DNA of 64,000 bases from Octopus vulgaris. Taxonomy: Eukaryota. Below, in pieces: positions 35,086 to 48,929 of this stretch. The stretch covers positions 56,792,001-56,856,000 of the forward strand of contig OX597821.1 of the NCBI GenBank assembly GCA_951406725.2. The letters run 5' to 3'. Both the position numbers and the translations under genes were made by a program. Every line of letters starts with the position of its first letter. Within the stretch, counting starts at the first letter, position 1. Below the pieces are notes generated by a model. It was not told the DNA's origin. It was given only the letters and a program-made list of their open reading frames with translations, and made no database searches.

Positions 35086-36725
35086 AGTTCAAAAGTTTGT
35101 GTGTGCCAGGTGCATGAGAAGGGGAACGTGCTTCTATTACTCCAGAGATAAGGAAGGCTCAGTATACTCCTGATAGTAGATTTTGGAGAAGTCCTTTCGG
35201 ATTGAGGCATGAGATCTGCTACATTGAACGGGGACAGAATTATAGAATAGTAAGCCTCGTAATGAAAACATAAGAGGTGAAGAAACAGTCGGTAGTCATG
35301 CAGTACACACTGGCAAGTAGATTAGATATCCAGTGTTTGAGGCAAAGAAATGTGCGAGCTGCATTAGGTAAGTGGATGAGAATATGACACAAGATGACAC
35401 TATGGGAAGGTCATGAAAGCAAGAGCGATCAGGAAAAATACTGATTGGTCTACTCTTTATAATACCCTTTCAGCTCAGCTGATAAAATTACTCTCTTGAT
35501 GATTAACCAGCTACTTGTAGAGAATTTATGTAAAGGTATTGTAGACTGTTTGAAATCATTTATAGGACTGGTAATTGGGAGGTTTGAAGATTCATAAACT
35601 TAAAGCAAGGATGTTTTGGTGGCTTTCCACATAAAGAGAGTTCATAAACATTTTCACGTCATATATTCAATATCCAGCAAAGATTCCTATGCGAAATTAC
35701 TTGTTAAAATCTTTCTCTGAAACTATTTGGCAGATAAAATAAGCAACGATGTCTATTATATTCACAGATGCTTAGATTGCTTTCCGGAAAGAGTTTGTAA
35801 TTTAGGTTGGAGGCAAGGTAAAAGTTTTCATCAGATTATAGAGAGCAGGTAAAGTTGAGTATACATTGATTATTGCTGGAACATTCAGTGTGACCGTTCT
35901 GTTCAATCTCATTCGAGAAAAGTCTATAAAAGAAGCTCTTTATGTGTTGAACAACTGATCATTTGATATGTTATTTTTACGTCTAATATTGAGTTACAAT
36001 GATTATATAGATTTTAACGTAGTACTCTTTCACCTATCATACTGAAATAAACAGCTTTAGTTATATGTAGTTGTTTTAATAGCTTGTAATATAACGACAT
36101 GAATTCTATAGTGTTTGTACAAAAATAACAGATAATTAATCTAATAGGGAAATTTACATACCATATTTTTGGAATCAGCTACTAAAATATAAACTGCAGC
36201 CGCTGTCCCTAATTTCATTGTTCGAGTGGATGCATCAGTATACTCAAGAGTCTGTTATATATATAAAACCAGAGCTGAAAGGAAAAAAAGAATGGTTCAT
36301 TTAGAATCAGCGGCCGAATATACCGAACTTTCACAACGGTGGGGCCAGTAAAGAAGTATTTATTAAGTACCTGCTAATGTATCACAACAGATAACAATGG
36401 ACAGTGATGCTGGAAAGAGAATACTTTTAGTACTATTAAAACTACGAACTTTTGAGAATATATGTTTCTTTCGATACCAAATTATAAGATACCAAAGGTA
36501 GGGGGTTTGAAAATATCTCGTCACTGATTAGTTCCAGAAAACTTGGTTCTAAGGGAAGCTATCCGAGTATACAGCATTGTTAGAAGCAAAGTGATGAAAA
36601 TATAGGGATTACTTTCCTGCAGAAGTGCATTCAACTAGACTCCAATGAATATGAATTATAGGCTTGATTGTACAGCGAACAAGCTATCACACACAGGTAA
36701 CTTATACGCGCAGCAATACTCACAG

Positions 36726-36777
<52 letters not shown>

Positions 36778-37937
36778 CTGTGTGTCTGTGTGTGTCTGTG
36801 TGCATTATATGTGTGTATATGAATATGTAAATACATTGCAATTAATTTTGCAGTGTTTGCCTCTATGTGTAAATATGTCTCTGTGTGTGTCTTTGTATAT
36901 TTACGAATGTCTGTGTGATGAAATCATATAACATTGCTGAATATCAGCTTTCATGAGAAATGTGTATCTGTGTGTATAGACGAACATACATAACCGTTTA
37001 CATAGTATTTAGAAACAAGATTGAGGGCGGCAAAAATAGCAGTGAAAGTAACACGTATTACCAGCAATGAAGACAACAAAACACATTTTTAAAAGTTTTT
37101 TTATATTAACGTAAGTGTAATCAGTGAAGACTAATCAAATTAATTCCAATACATACATGGTACTTTATTTTATCCATCACGAGAAATTAGAAGACAAAAT
37201 CAACCACTGTTTGAATTTATAAATTAAAACATTAGCAGTCGAAAACTAAATATTCGTTAGGACGCTGCGATTATCAGAGTTTATTGTTGCACCAATTTTC
37301 AATGTACACAGTTCCTGCCATGGGATTCCCGTCACCTCCACACACCCATACGTATGTGCATTACTACTTCAGCAAATTCTAAAAATAATGTCATCCCACT
37401 CAATCCAGCGAAACGTAAATAAAATATGTACACACAGTATAGAAGAGTACACATTACCCGATAAACCCGAAGCATGATAATGGTATGCACATCACCAATA
37501 GTATTTGGTAAACACTAACAACTTTCAACCAAGTTCAATCAAATTCTCCACATCTGTTTCCGCAGTGGTTATCACCAGAATACAGCATAGAACGACACAG
37601 ATACATCTTGGACAGAACAAAATATGCAAGTTACCAACATCACTACTCCATAACGTAAACTACTGTATATTGAAGTGTATCGTATGTTGCCAATCTAAGC
37701 GGATTTCTGGCTAGCACTACATCGTTCAACCGACTACATATAGCTATGATAGGACTGCTCCACCATCCCAGTCCTTCTGCATCAGAATGTTGGCACTGAA
37801 GAATTACCTCTCAGTTTGTAAATATTCATAAGGAACACTGTGTTATTTCCACCAGTTTCAAAGGGATTAGAAAAAAAGAGTCCATAGACATAGCCCCTGT
37901 TTCGCGGGAGGGGGAGAAACCCCTAATAAATAATAAT

Positions 37938-38115
37938 TTCGAATTTTGGCACAGGGCCAGCAAATTTGGGAGAAGGAATAAGTCGATTACATCGACTCCA
38001 ATACTCAGCTGAAAGGCAAAGTCGACCTCGGTAGAATTTAAACTCAGAACATGAAGACGGACGAGATGTCGCGAAGCATTTTGTCCGGCGCGGTAATGAT
38101 TCTGCCAGCTCGCCG
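37938..38115 (-). mobile_element. SINE family A copy
   Basis: Reverse complement of the 43180-43550 family (ggcaaagtcgacctcgg..aatt..aactcagaac). Confidence 0.7.
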
Positions 38116-38695
38116 ACTTAACAAACGAATAAATAATAATAAAGCCTTTACAAAAAATGCTACCGTTTCTGTCATTCCATTCCCGAACAATCGCAATTAT
38201 AACCTTTTTGCCGCATCATCAACCATACCAAAGACAATAATACATTAGAACGAATAATGTGAACAAGATAAGCAAACCTGCCTCAGCAGCCACGAATATA
38301 GTAGCAACAGTGACAACAGCAGTTAAAATAGCAACACCGTTAAGAACAATAAGCTGTAGCAAGAATGACAATAAAAACATGAAGTGATAGAACCGCTAAC
38401 TGCCAACTTGACAGCAGATAGCTTATAAACACTGGGGCAATAGTTGAGAGAGAGAGAAAGAGAGGAAGCAGTGAGAAAAGAGAGGAAGAAGTGATAAGAG
38501 GCGGAATGAAGCGAGAGTGATCATAAAAGACACGAAAGGCGGGAGAAAGTGTGGAATAAAAGTGAAAAAAAAAAAAAAAAAACTGCGATTTTTTTAGTAA
38601 ATACTGTTAAGCAGCAGCGAAAGGTATAGTTTCAGAGAGAGAGGGTGAGTGGGCAGAAAGTGAAAAAAGATGGTAAGAGAAACAGAGAGAGATAG

Positions 38696-38737
<42 letters not shown>

Positions 38738-39546
38738 TGAGGAGGGGAGAGAGAAAGTATGTAGAGGGCAGTGAATGGAAGGCGAAATAAGATGAATTTT
38801 AAAGAGGATGAGGAAGGATAGGAGAATGGGAGGAGGAAATATCGAGAAATAGTGTTTTCTTTATATATATACGATAATAACAATCACAACACTAAAAAAA
38901 AAGTTGCAGAGAAAGATAACTGTGGGCCGCTTTCCTCCTACATACAGTACATCCAACGATATTATAACCAACCACTTTCTAGCTATTCCTTACTTTCTCT
39001 GCGTGAAAACTTTACAGGGAGAATTTTATTCTCCGAATCATTCCACTTTCTTTTCGTTTTTCTCTTTCCTTTTATTTTATCATTTTATTTTATTTTATTT
39101 ATTGCACTAACTTTCAGAATCTTGTACTGCTAGCCTCCGTAATTCTATTGTGACTACTTATGGAACGTAAACATCCACAACATAATCCTTTAAACAATGT
39201 AAACATACGCACTCACAGGCACAGATACGTCCGCGCGCGCGCGCGCACAAACGCACACACACACACACACACATGTATACACATATATATGATAAGGTGT
39301 GCTTCCGTACAGTTTCCATCAACAAAATTCCACTCACATTGTGCATACATGCTGAAGGTGCCAAAGCAGCGGATCAAACCCTGAAGTGATTGTGAGATGA
39401 ACTTTCTTAACGACACAGCTCGGTATTTATATTTCCCCGAATACTTGGCCTTGAGATTTACATGTGAGAATTATTTTGTTATAGCCACAATTCTCTCAGG
39501 CCCTCTATCTTTATAATAATAATAAGAATAATAATAATAATAATAA

Positions 39547-39579
<33 letters not shown>

Positions 39580-40260
39580 GGGGTTGAAGCACCACCAGTT
39601 TATTAGATTATTTCTACAACATTCCATGAGTATGTATTAATTAAGCGCTTTATTATTTATTAACAGCAGTTAAAGTTTCCTACAGTAAAAGTAGCTTAAC
39701 TTACCATTTTGTTTTTTTAAATAATTTATTATTTCATTTTTGTTGAAATATCAGGGAATATTATATCGTACTTTCAATACTGTAAAACTCTAAAACTTTT
39801 GGTTCTTTTCATGATATATGCCATTAGTAATACTACCTCTAAACAACTGCCTAAACTAGGAATACTCCCAAAACTATTGGTGTGTATTCGGCGTAATTTG
39901 AACTGCTGCATCCGGCAATGTGCGGAATTGCCAATATCTAAGCAAAACCAAAAAGAAGTGAAAAAAAAAAGTAACAAACAAAAAAAACAAGCAAACAAAC
40001 AAAAAAAGAAGGAAAGAAAGAAGCAGTCAGGAAGTTAATGAAATGTTTTTTATTAGATTGGCTGTTGATATGTTTTGTACTTTGTTTACATTTCTTCTGA
40101 TTTAAGGTGTTCAACATTTACCTTTTTTTTCTCACCTTAATGATAATATTGCTGCATAAGGTCTGTAACAGTTGTTTATATATTGCATTCTACTTCGATT
40201 AATGAGTTTGTATAGACGTATACATACATACATACATACATACATACATACATACATACA

Positions 40261-40293
<33 letters not shown>

Positions 40294-40975
40294 CGATGTT
40301 GACAGATTTTATTTAATACTTTGTATGTTATGGATTCGAGTATCCAGAAGCAAAACATGTTCTTAGATTCAATGTTTCGTTCTTAGACGTAATATTGAAA
40401 TCTAGCAATAAACGAACTCGCAACACCTGTTAAAAAAGAAAAAAAATTCCTTTGCCCCGCCCCAAAATATTTGATGTTGCTAAAATATTCTATCAACAGT
40501 AGCTTTCATTACTATTTTGCATTAATCTGCAGTATTTATTAATTGTTTTATTTCGTATGCATTCATAGCTGAGAAGTCAAACGCCTATAAAGACGACACT
40601 TTCATTTTATATTTTCTCAACGTATCAGATATTTTGTTTTTTAACTAATTGAAATAAGATGACTTATACACGCAATCACAAAGGGAAATCATACCGCAGA
40701 GAGAAAGTGAAAGAGAAAGACAACCTGATCGATGTACCTGTTCATTTCTCACTTCGTTACCACTGTCCACACCTGACGTCTTAAAACCAGAGAGCGAGTC
40801 AAGATACGCAGTGGCGGAATTAGGTCTGAGGAACTTGGGGTGCGCTGAAGTTCGAGAGGTCAAGATTGGGAAGGTGGGACAAAACGGAATAACACACCTC
40901 CACCGTGAGCTGAAGTGGCAGGGAGGGGAAAGTCGTGCCCCCGCGTATCTTCCACATTTCAATCACTAACGATAT

Positions 40976-41049
<74 letters not shown>

Positions 41050-41445
41050 CGAACACACATGCATATAATGACTTAAGCAGATGGATAACTAAGAAATGCC
41101 AAAGATATATATCTGTTCATTTTAAAGTTTTGTTAACAAATTATACTATTTTGTCAGAATGTAACAAACTACCGAAGACGCATAAACGTGTTTAAAGAAC
41201 GATTAACATAATTTACATTTTTGAATAAAAAGAAAGATAAAACGGAAAAAGAAAATAATAGGTTTATTATGGCCACCTTTCGACAAATTTTTCGGATATT
41301 TTCCACCTTCACTACGTTGATACTGATAAATCGCCATCTATTACAGGAAGTTTCAGGAGTAAGTATTTGATTTTTCTTGTTTTTTTTTGTTTGTTTTTTT
41401 TACATTTGCATTTACGCTTTACGTACGTGCGTGTGAGTATTATAC

Positions 41446-41493
<48 letters not shown>

Positions 41494-41656
41494 TATGTAT
41501 ATATGTGTGTGTTCGTGAATATCTATGTATGTTTGTACGTATACATTTTTGTATGGGTGTTTATTTGTAAGTAGGTATGTAGGGGTGTATGTATGTATGC
41601 ATTGTTTTTAATCTGTTTAATTATCAATCTGCTGAGAAAATATACACGTATATGTG

Positions 41657-41738
<82 letters not shown>

Positions 41739-41827
41739 ATAATATGGTCCTTTTCCATACCGAAATACTACTAGGTGAAATTTGTTGATTTTATTAAATT
41801 AATTATATTTCGTCCTTTATCTATCTA

Positions 41828-41884
<57 letters not shown>

Positions 41885-43096
41885 GTATATGTATATATGT
41901 ATGTATGTGTGTATGTATGTATGTATATATATATACATATTCATCTTTTTAAAGTTGTACAATAGATAACTATTAGCAGTTTATTCTTATCCTTCCTATT
42001 ACGTTTAGAAACCAACTGCAATACTGACTATACACACAAACACACACGATATATGCATATACATATTTTATATACACATATAACTTATATATATATATAT
42101 ATAACTTATAAATATATATATATTATATATAAAATTGACCGATAACTGATAAGGGGTGAGCATGTTTAAATCTCGTGTGTGGTGTTTTCATGTTTTCCTT
42201 TGTCGTCCTACTGTGCAAAGTTTTACTCTTATTACACACACACACACAGTTACACACACACACACGCACACATATAGGTGCACACAGGTACATATACGTA
42301 TGCACATACATACATGTATGTATGAATGTGTGTGTTTGTGTGTAAGTGTGTAAGAGAGAGAAAGAGAAAGAGAGAGTGAGAAAAGAGAAAAAGAGGGTAA
42401 GTATATGCATGTATGTATGTATGTATATCTATATATACTAAAATCTAAAATTATTTGCATACATCTATTTCTTGAATGTGCGTTGGCTTATATTTTAGCA
42501 ATTTTACATTTATAGTTTAAATTTACTCTCTCTCACTTATTTTTTACATACATTTCATTTGTTTTCGTAACTCTAATCGTTATTGGCGGATTTCATTCTA
42601 CAGTGCTTGTGAATGTTGTTGTTGCTGTTTATAAATCTCGGCTTCTGTTGTCTTAATTCCACGTTATCCATGAATACGCAGGCCAGACATTCCACCGATA
42701 AATATCCCCTATTTTTCTCAATTTCTGTGCAACCGGGGCGTCATAATCTTATATATTATTTCCCTTTTAAGATAAGTATCAATATTGAAAGGGATTGGGA
42801 TGTGCGCAGAAGCTCCCTTCTAATTCGAGTCTTGTAGTGTGTGTTTTGTAAAAAATGCCTGCTTGTTAGTAATATGATCCCATTTAATCTAACCGCCGCC
42901 AAGTTATTTCAATTGTCATCCTCACTAAGTGGGTATACATGCCGCCCAGTTGAGTTGTATTACTGTAAACTTAACTACTTTCTAACATAAATCCTACTTA
43001 TGTTTCCTAGTCTGAACTGGCGATCCTATACATATAAATGCATATATAAGTACACACTATACACAAATAAACAGATAGACACACGCACACACAGAC

Positions 43097-43147
<51 letters not shown>

Positions 43148-43179
43148 CACATATATATTCTATTATGTATACGTGCATG

Positions 43180-43560
43180 TGGCGGCGAGCTGGCAGAAAC
43201 GTTAGCACGCCGGGCGAAATGCGTTGCCGTATTTCGTCTGCCGTTGCGTTCTGAGTTCAAATTCCGCCGAGGTCGACTTTGCCTTTCATCCTTTCGGGGT
43301 CGATAAATTAAGTACCAGTTACGCACTGGGGTCGATGTAATCGACTTAATCCGTTTGTCTGTCCTTGTTTGTCCTCTCTGTGTTTAGCCCCTTGAGGGTA
43401 GTAAAGAAATAAGTATTTCATTTGTCTTTACGTTGTGAGTTCAAATTGCCTTTCATCTCTTTCGGGGTCGATAAATTAAGTACCAGTTGCGTACTGGGAT
43501 TGATCTAATCGACTAGCCCGCAACCCAAAAATTTGGGGCCTTGTGCCTAGAGTAGAAAAG
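43180..43560 (+). mobile_element. tRNA-like SINE family A: one full copy plus a partial second unit
   Basis: ggcggcgagctggcagaa..gttagc..gagttcaaattcc (B box)..tttcggggtcgataaattaagtaccagtt; core repeated at 43430-43515. Confidence 0.75.
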
Positions 43561-43562
43561 AT

Positions 43563-43618
<56 letters not shown>

Positions 43619-44224
43619 GTATGTGCGTATGTATGTGTGTGAAATACGTTTTAATTTTGCTGCCTGTAATTCTTATGAGACGCCGTCTCACTCTCAGCGT
43701 GTAGACATACACAAGGATACTTGGTTCGACTACCAACATTTTCTGTGAACTTCTTACTGTCCTGTACAACTTTATACAGTATATAACTGATTTTGTATCC
43801 TTTTCTCTCTCTTCACACACACGTACCCATATATACATGTATGTATGTATGTATGTATGTGTGTAGTAGAGTGATTGCGCTAAGCAGTGATGTTCCATAC
43901 TTGTTACCAGTCGAAATATGCTTCAGGCATATTCGAATCCGTAAGAATGCCATTCACTATATTCTGTGATGGAGAAAATTTACTGTTGTAGACAAATGAC
44001 ATAAACGCACCAAGTTAGTCCGCAGCGTTCCTTAATAAGATTGTTGGATGCATGCATTTCAGACTGGTTATCACCTCTTCATCAAAAGAGACAAAAAAAA
44101 ACACAAAGATGCTATGAGCTGACGCGAGAGACAGATCCCTCCTATGATATACCTGTCATTCAATGATTGGTTGTGCTATTCAGCAGCCCACCCTTAACAA
44201 AATACATATTTCTTCCGTTTAATA

Positions 44225-44635
44225 TTGGTTCAAAATTTTAGCACGAGGCTTGGAAGTTCGGGAAGGGGGTACATCAATTACATCGACCCCAATGCTCAGC
44301 TGTTATTCTATCGACCCCGAAAAGTAGAAAGGTAAAATCGGCCACACACGAATTTATTGATATTAGTTTTTATGTCAAGTTATATATTATAAAAATCTAA
44401 TTGATTTTAAGCGAAAGGAAAGGCACCAAACGGTCAGAATTGTTAGCACGCCGGACAGAATGTTTAGCAGCATTTAGTCCGTCTTCACGTTCTGAGTTCA
44501 AATTCCGCTGAGGTCATCTTCGTCTTTTATCATTTCTGGGCGGGTTAAAATAAGTATCAGTTGAGCACTGAGGTCGATGTAATCGACTACCCGCCTGTCT
44601 CGAATTTGCTGCCCTTCAGCCAAAATTTGAAACTA
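44225..44635. mobile_element. Two SINE family A copies in divergent orientation
   Basis: Minus fragment 44225-44345 and plus copy 44433-44635. Confidence 0.65.
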
Positions 44636-44904
44636 ATATATGTGTGTGCTTCTGTGTGTGTGTGTGTGTGTGTGTGCATGCTTCAGCCTGTTGTCTCATT
44701 TTCAGGATCGAGTTGAAGATTCCATGTGACAACTACGACAATTAGCGAAATATGTTTCTGTGGTGGACTAAAATAGAAGCGGATGGTAGAGCGTTATTCA
44801 TACACATATATCAGCATACCATCCTATTATTATATAAATTACTATCAGTGATAATGAGCATAAAAACTGCCGTGGAGATGCTTTGTTCAGTTTTGTTCCA
44901 CCAC

Positions 44905-44937
<33 letters not shown>

Positions 44938-45659
44938 GGGGGAGTGAAATACGTGCGAGTGGGTATGTGAGCTCAAATTTCACTGGAGATAATATTGCTC
45001 GAAGTTCACTCCCTGATGATTTAGTAGTAACCACCAATGTAATTTAGGTGATATACAAAATATATTTCTTCCTTCAGGAATTAATATATGAGAGTAATAT
45101 AAGTAAACATTTACGTGCAAAAGCAATGGTGCAAAGTTTTTACATAACTCGATTCCGTCTTTCTATTGTGTATTCTCCAGTTCCACCCGATCAGAATTTA
45201 CTTTTTTGTACTTTTTCTCAGAAATAAAGAAATAGTCTAGAACATATATTAAGTGGCGATTGATTCGAATCTATGGAAAGTATGAATTGGTTCGATTCTG
45301 TGGTTTGTTCTGTTTGGACCCTTTTGAACATAATTGCAGGTGGAGGGGTATTGAAGTGTCTTTCTTAAGATCATCAGCTGCATAAATGTAGTAAAATCTT
45401 TACACTGGGAATCGAAACTGAATTGCAGATACAGCTCTGCAGAAGTTTACCGCTATCCTACATTATTTTGATTTTGATCTTATTGTATTAATACATTGGT
45501 GACTTCGTTTTCCAATAGGTTAATGATACCAATATCTGAGCCGCTTGTCTAGTAAGCCTTATACACTTTACCCATTTTTATACTGACATAAGATTGTTCT
45601 CATATCAATATAAAAATCGGTAATTCATTGTTTATGAGTACTCAGTATTGTACTCCACT

Positions 45660-45709
<50 letters not shown>

Positions 45710-45714
45710 CATAC

Positions 45715-45882
45715 CTCCGAAACACGCATTAAGTCGAACCAGGAGCAGCTGATGAAGGGGAATATTCCTTGTATTGTTTGTTTTGTACTCTGTTCTTTCG
45801 TTGTTAAAAAAAGTCCGTTTCCTTGTTTGTTTTTATGTTTTCGTTTCTCGTTGTGTTCTACGTTCATTTGTGGCGTCCTGTA

Positions 45883-45888
<6 letters not shown>
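45715..45888 (+). repeat. Short TA-inserted repeat, PLE-terminus-like; related copy on the minus strand at 59483-59660
   Basis: Both share ctgaYgaaggg and end ..tgtg(g/a)cgtcctgtac then (TA)n. Confidence 0.5.
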
Positions 45889-45950
<62 letters not shown>

Positions 45951-46114
45951 TATATATATATGCATATATATATATGCATGTATATATTCATATAGATGTA
46001 GGTATGTACATATATGTATTATGTATGAATGTGTTTTATTTGTTAAATTGTTATTGTATATATACATATATATCTGCGTATGTGTTTGTATTATGGCATA
46101 TCATTAAATTATAT

Positions 46115-46146
<32 letters not shown>

Positions 46147-46227
46147 CTGCGTATGTGTTTTTATATTATGCCATATCATTAAATATATACATACATATAT
46201 ATATATATATACACACACACACATATA

Positions 46228-47084
46228 TACAGGGTGCAGTGAATGAATTGTCGTCTAAGTTACGTAAAAATGAAAATAACACCAACATTTCATTTTAACA
46301 TATATATTTACCAAAATTACATAGAAATATCTTGAAATACTAAAGAGTAAATTTACTCAATAAAATCATCATTGGCTTCTACCTCGGCCTCCAGACAACT
46401 TCGGAATCACCTGCAACTCTTCTGGACAGTCCCCTTGTTTAGGTTGGGGAATGCTACCATAATCCTTACATTCAGTTCATCTTTGGTGTTATAAGGAGTT
46501 TTGTTGATCTCTCGCTCAATTGCGCCCACACATAATAATCAAGAGGTTGTAATCTGGTGATTATAGGTGGCCAGATGTTAGGGCTGATGTTGTCGCAGAA
46601 AGTGTCTGACAACCATAACTGGGTTCTCCTGATTGTATAGCATGATGCGGAGTCCTGTGCCACACATAGAGTCTTCCAGCAGCCACCCTCTTGACCAAGG
46701 GCAGCACTGCCTTATCCAAGCAGTTGATATAGGCCTCCGTGTTGAGTGTGAGGCAGTGTGAGATGAATGGAGGCATAACGTCGCCATCATTAGTAATCAC
46801 TCCAAACACCATGATGTTGACTGGATGCTTAATTTTTATCACTCTCGGTACATCTCAGATTGACACTGAAATGTTTGTATTGGAGCTTCCGGCGCAAATG
46901 CCAAGCAGCATAGCATGCTGTTTCCAAATTTCCAGCAGAGAGAATTACGTCATGATGCTGTTTTTGTCACAGACGGTGCCCAACTGCCCCTACTATACTG
47001 TGTAGTCGCCAAAATTAAAACATACAATGCGCATGCGCGAAATTAAAAGCATGAAATGGTGATAATTTATCAATCGGACCCTAT
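46228..47084 (-). mobile_element. Internally deleted mariner-type element with both TIRs
   Basis: KHPVNIMVFGVIT.DGDVMPPF, QDSASCY, SPNIWPP..PLDYYVW; termini TAcagggtgc..tgaatgaattgtc / gataatttatcaatcggacccTATA. Confidence 0.8.
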
Positions 47085-48659
47085 ATATATGTGTATGTAT
47101 GTATGTATGTATGTATGTATGTATGTATGTATGTATGCATGTTTGTATATGTATATAAAATCCTGCATCAGAGTCAAATTGTTTATTAGTGTACGGCACT
47201 TGTAGTTGTAATGTGTATTAAAAAAACACTTTATGTACTTTGAAAACGGCTTATGTAAACGTACATAATTACCTGTTAGGAAGACAGAAACGTCTGTACG
47301 CAAAAGTATTCGTTACAAAACATATGAAAAGGTAAAAATTCATAGGGAAGCCAGCAATAAAACTAAATGAATATCAAGAAAGATTCAAAATGCTAGGGGT
47401 CAATGGTGAATATTTCAGGTCTGTTCATTCAAAAATTAAAAATAATGATGCTGTAACACACCATAGAACAAATGAATTTTTTTATAAACTATATAATTAA
47501 TCTTACACAAAGTTTTAAATTTGGAGGTTAAATTTGTAACAAGGCAAGAAAACGTTGAGCACTTTAAGAATCAGGATCTCGACATCATTGGGTTTCAACC
47601 GAGTCCAGATGTTTCCTATTTTCTTAACAGCTTGTTTGGAATCTATTTGGTATTTAGACTACATTTAACAAACTCACTTACTTACACTAATCAGTTTACT
47701 GCCAACTTCATTTTATGACCAAATAAAATATACTTTCTTACTCAGATGAAATCTTGCTACTAATATTCTACTTCATGTTAAAATTCTATTTTAAAGACAA
47801 AAAGTTAAATTTTCTGTAAGAATGTGTTCGTTGGCTTTTAAAACTAACCTATTTATTATTTTCAATAATTCACATCGCTCTTTAAAGCATATTTTATGAG
47901 AAGAATTGATCTAACTGGGTTGCAGTAATCAAGAAATTTCATTTTAATATTCTCTTTGATTTGTGAAATAAGCTTACTTGTGTAAGAATTTGTTTCCCGC
48001 TTACCCGAGTTTGTGATATGGTCTCGATTATAATACCAAAGCTCAGAAATTCAATACATATTGCTACAGTGTTAGAAAAGGTGTTACTATGTCTACTTCC
48101 ATATCTAATCCTTAACAAATAGAGTCATTGTGTCCGTTAAAAAGAACCATTAATATTAATTCAGTTTTTCTTCAGTTTGAGAGACAAAAGAATAGAGAAA
48201 TTTGATAACTATAAAATAGTATTTAATATTCAAAAATACTCTTTGAGAATCGGGATTCAGTTGTTTACAGAATTAAATACAGGTGGAAACGATAAAATGG
48301 ACAATTTATTGCTATTTGCTCATGTGCTATCGTATTGCTCTGCGTGTCTCGGTTCACTTAGCAGTTGGTATAGATAAAAGATATTTTGAAAATAGTTTTA
48401 GATGAGTGACCTCATTATTATACATTTCTGGATATGATAGATTTCAATTGACGTCACCACACGTGTGAAGAGAGGAATATTTAGTTTTGAAATCTATACT
48501 TTTAAGAGGATGATTATTTACAAAATTTCTGTTGGTGACCGAGAACATCACCTCTCGGGTACGAACTTAGCAACAATTCAACTAAGATATCATGACACTG
48601 ATGATAATTCATTAAGATATTGCTGGGTAGCGGCTGTGGTAAAGCTGACCACACCAACA

Positions 48660-48929
48660 TTAATGATGTCCCAATTTTATTACGTGCGTAAAGATGCAAT
48701 GATTGACAAAGTAATTCAAACTTTATGTACATTGGTATGTATATTTAGGTATGTGTGAGTATTCAAATGCAGAATATATTTGCTTATGAATAACATAACG
48801 TTAATGATGTCCCAATTTTATTACGTGCGTAAAGATGCAATGATTAACAAAGTAATTCAAACTTTATGTACATTAGTGTGTATATTTAGGAATGTGTGGG
48901 TATTTAAATGCAGAATATATTTGCTTATA
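48660..48929. repeat. Local tandem duplication, ~141-bp period, 2 copies
   Basis: taatgatgtcccaattttattacgtgcg...gcagaatatatttgcttat at 48661 and 48802 with a few substitutions. Confidence 0.9.

Noticed and set aside
35440-36050. Possible decayed PLE RT on the minus strand (similar faint GIY-YIG-like traces at 45050-45620 and 25350-25615)
   Set aside because: Too degenerate to support by eye
45715-45775. Type II hammerhead (GAAAC...CTGATGA)
   Set aside because: Core words are present, but stem I cannot form and stem III is only 2 bp
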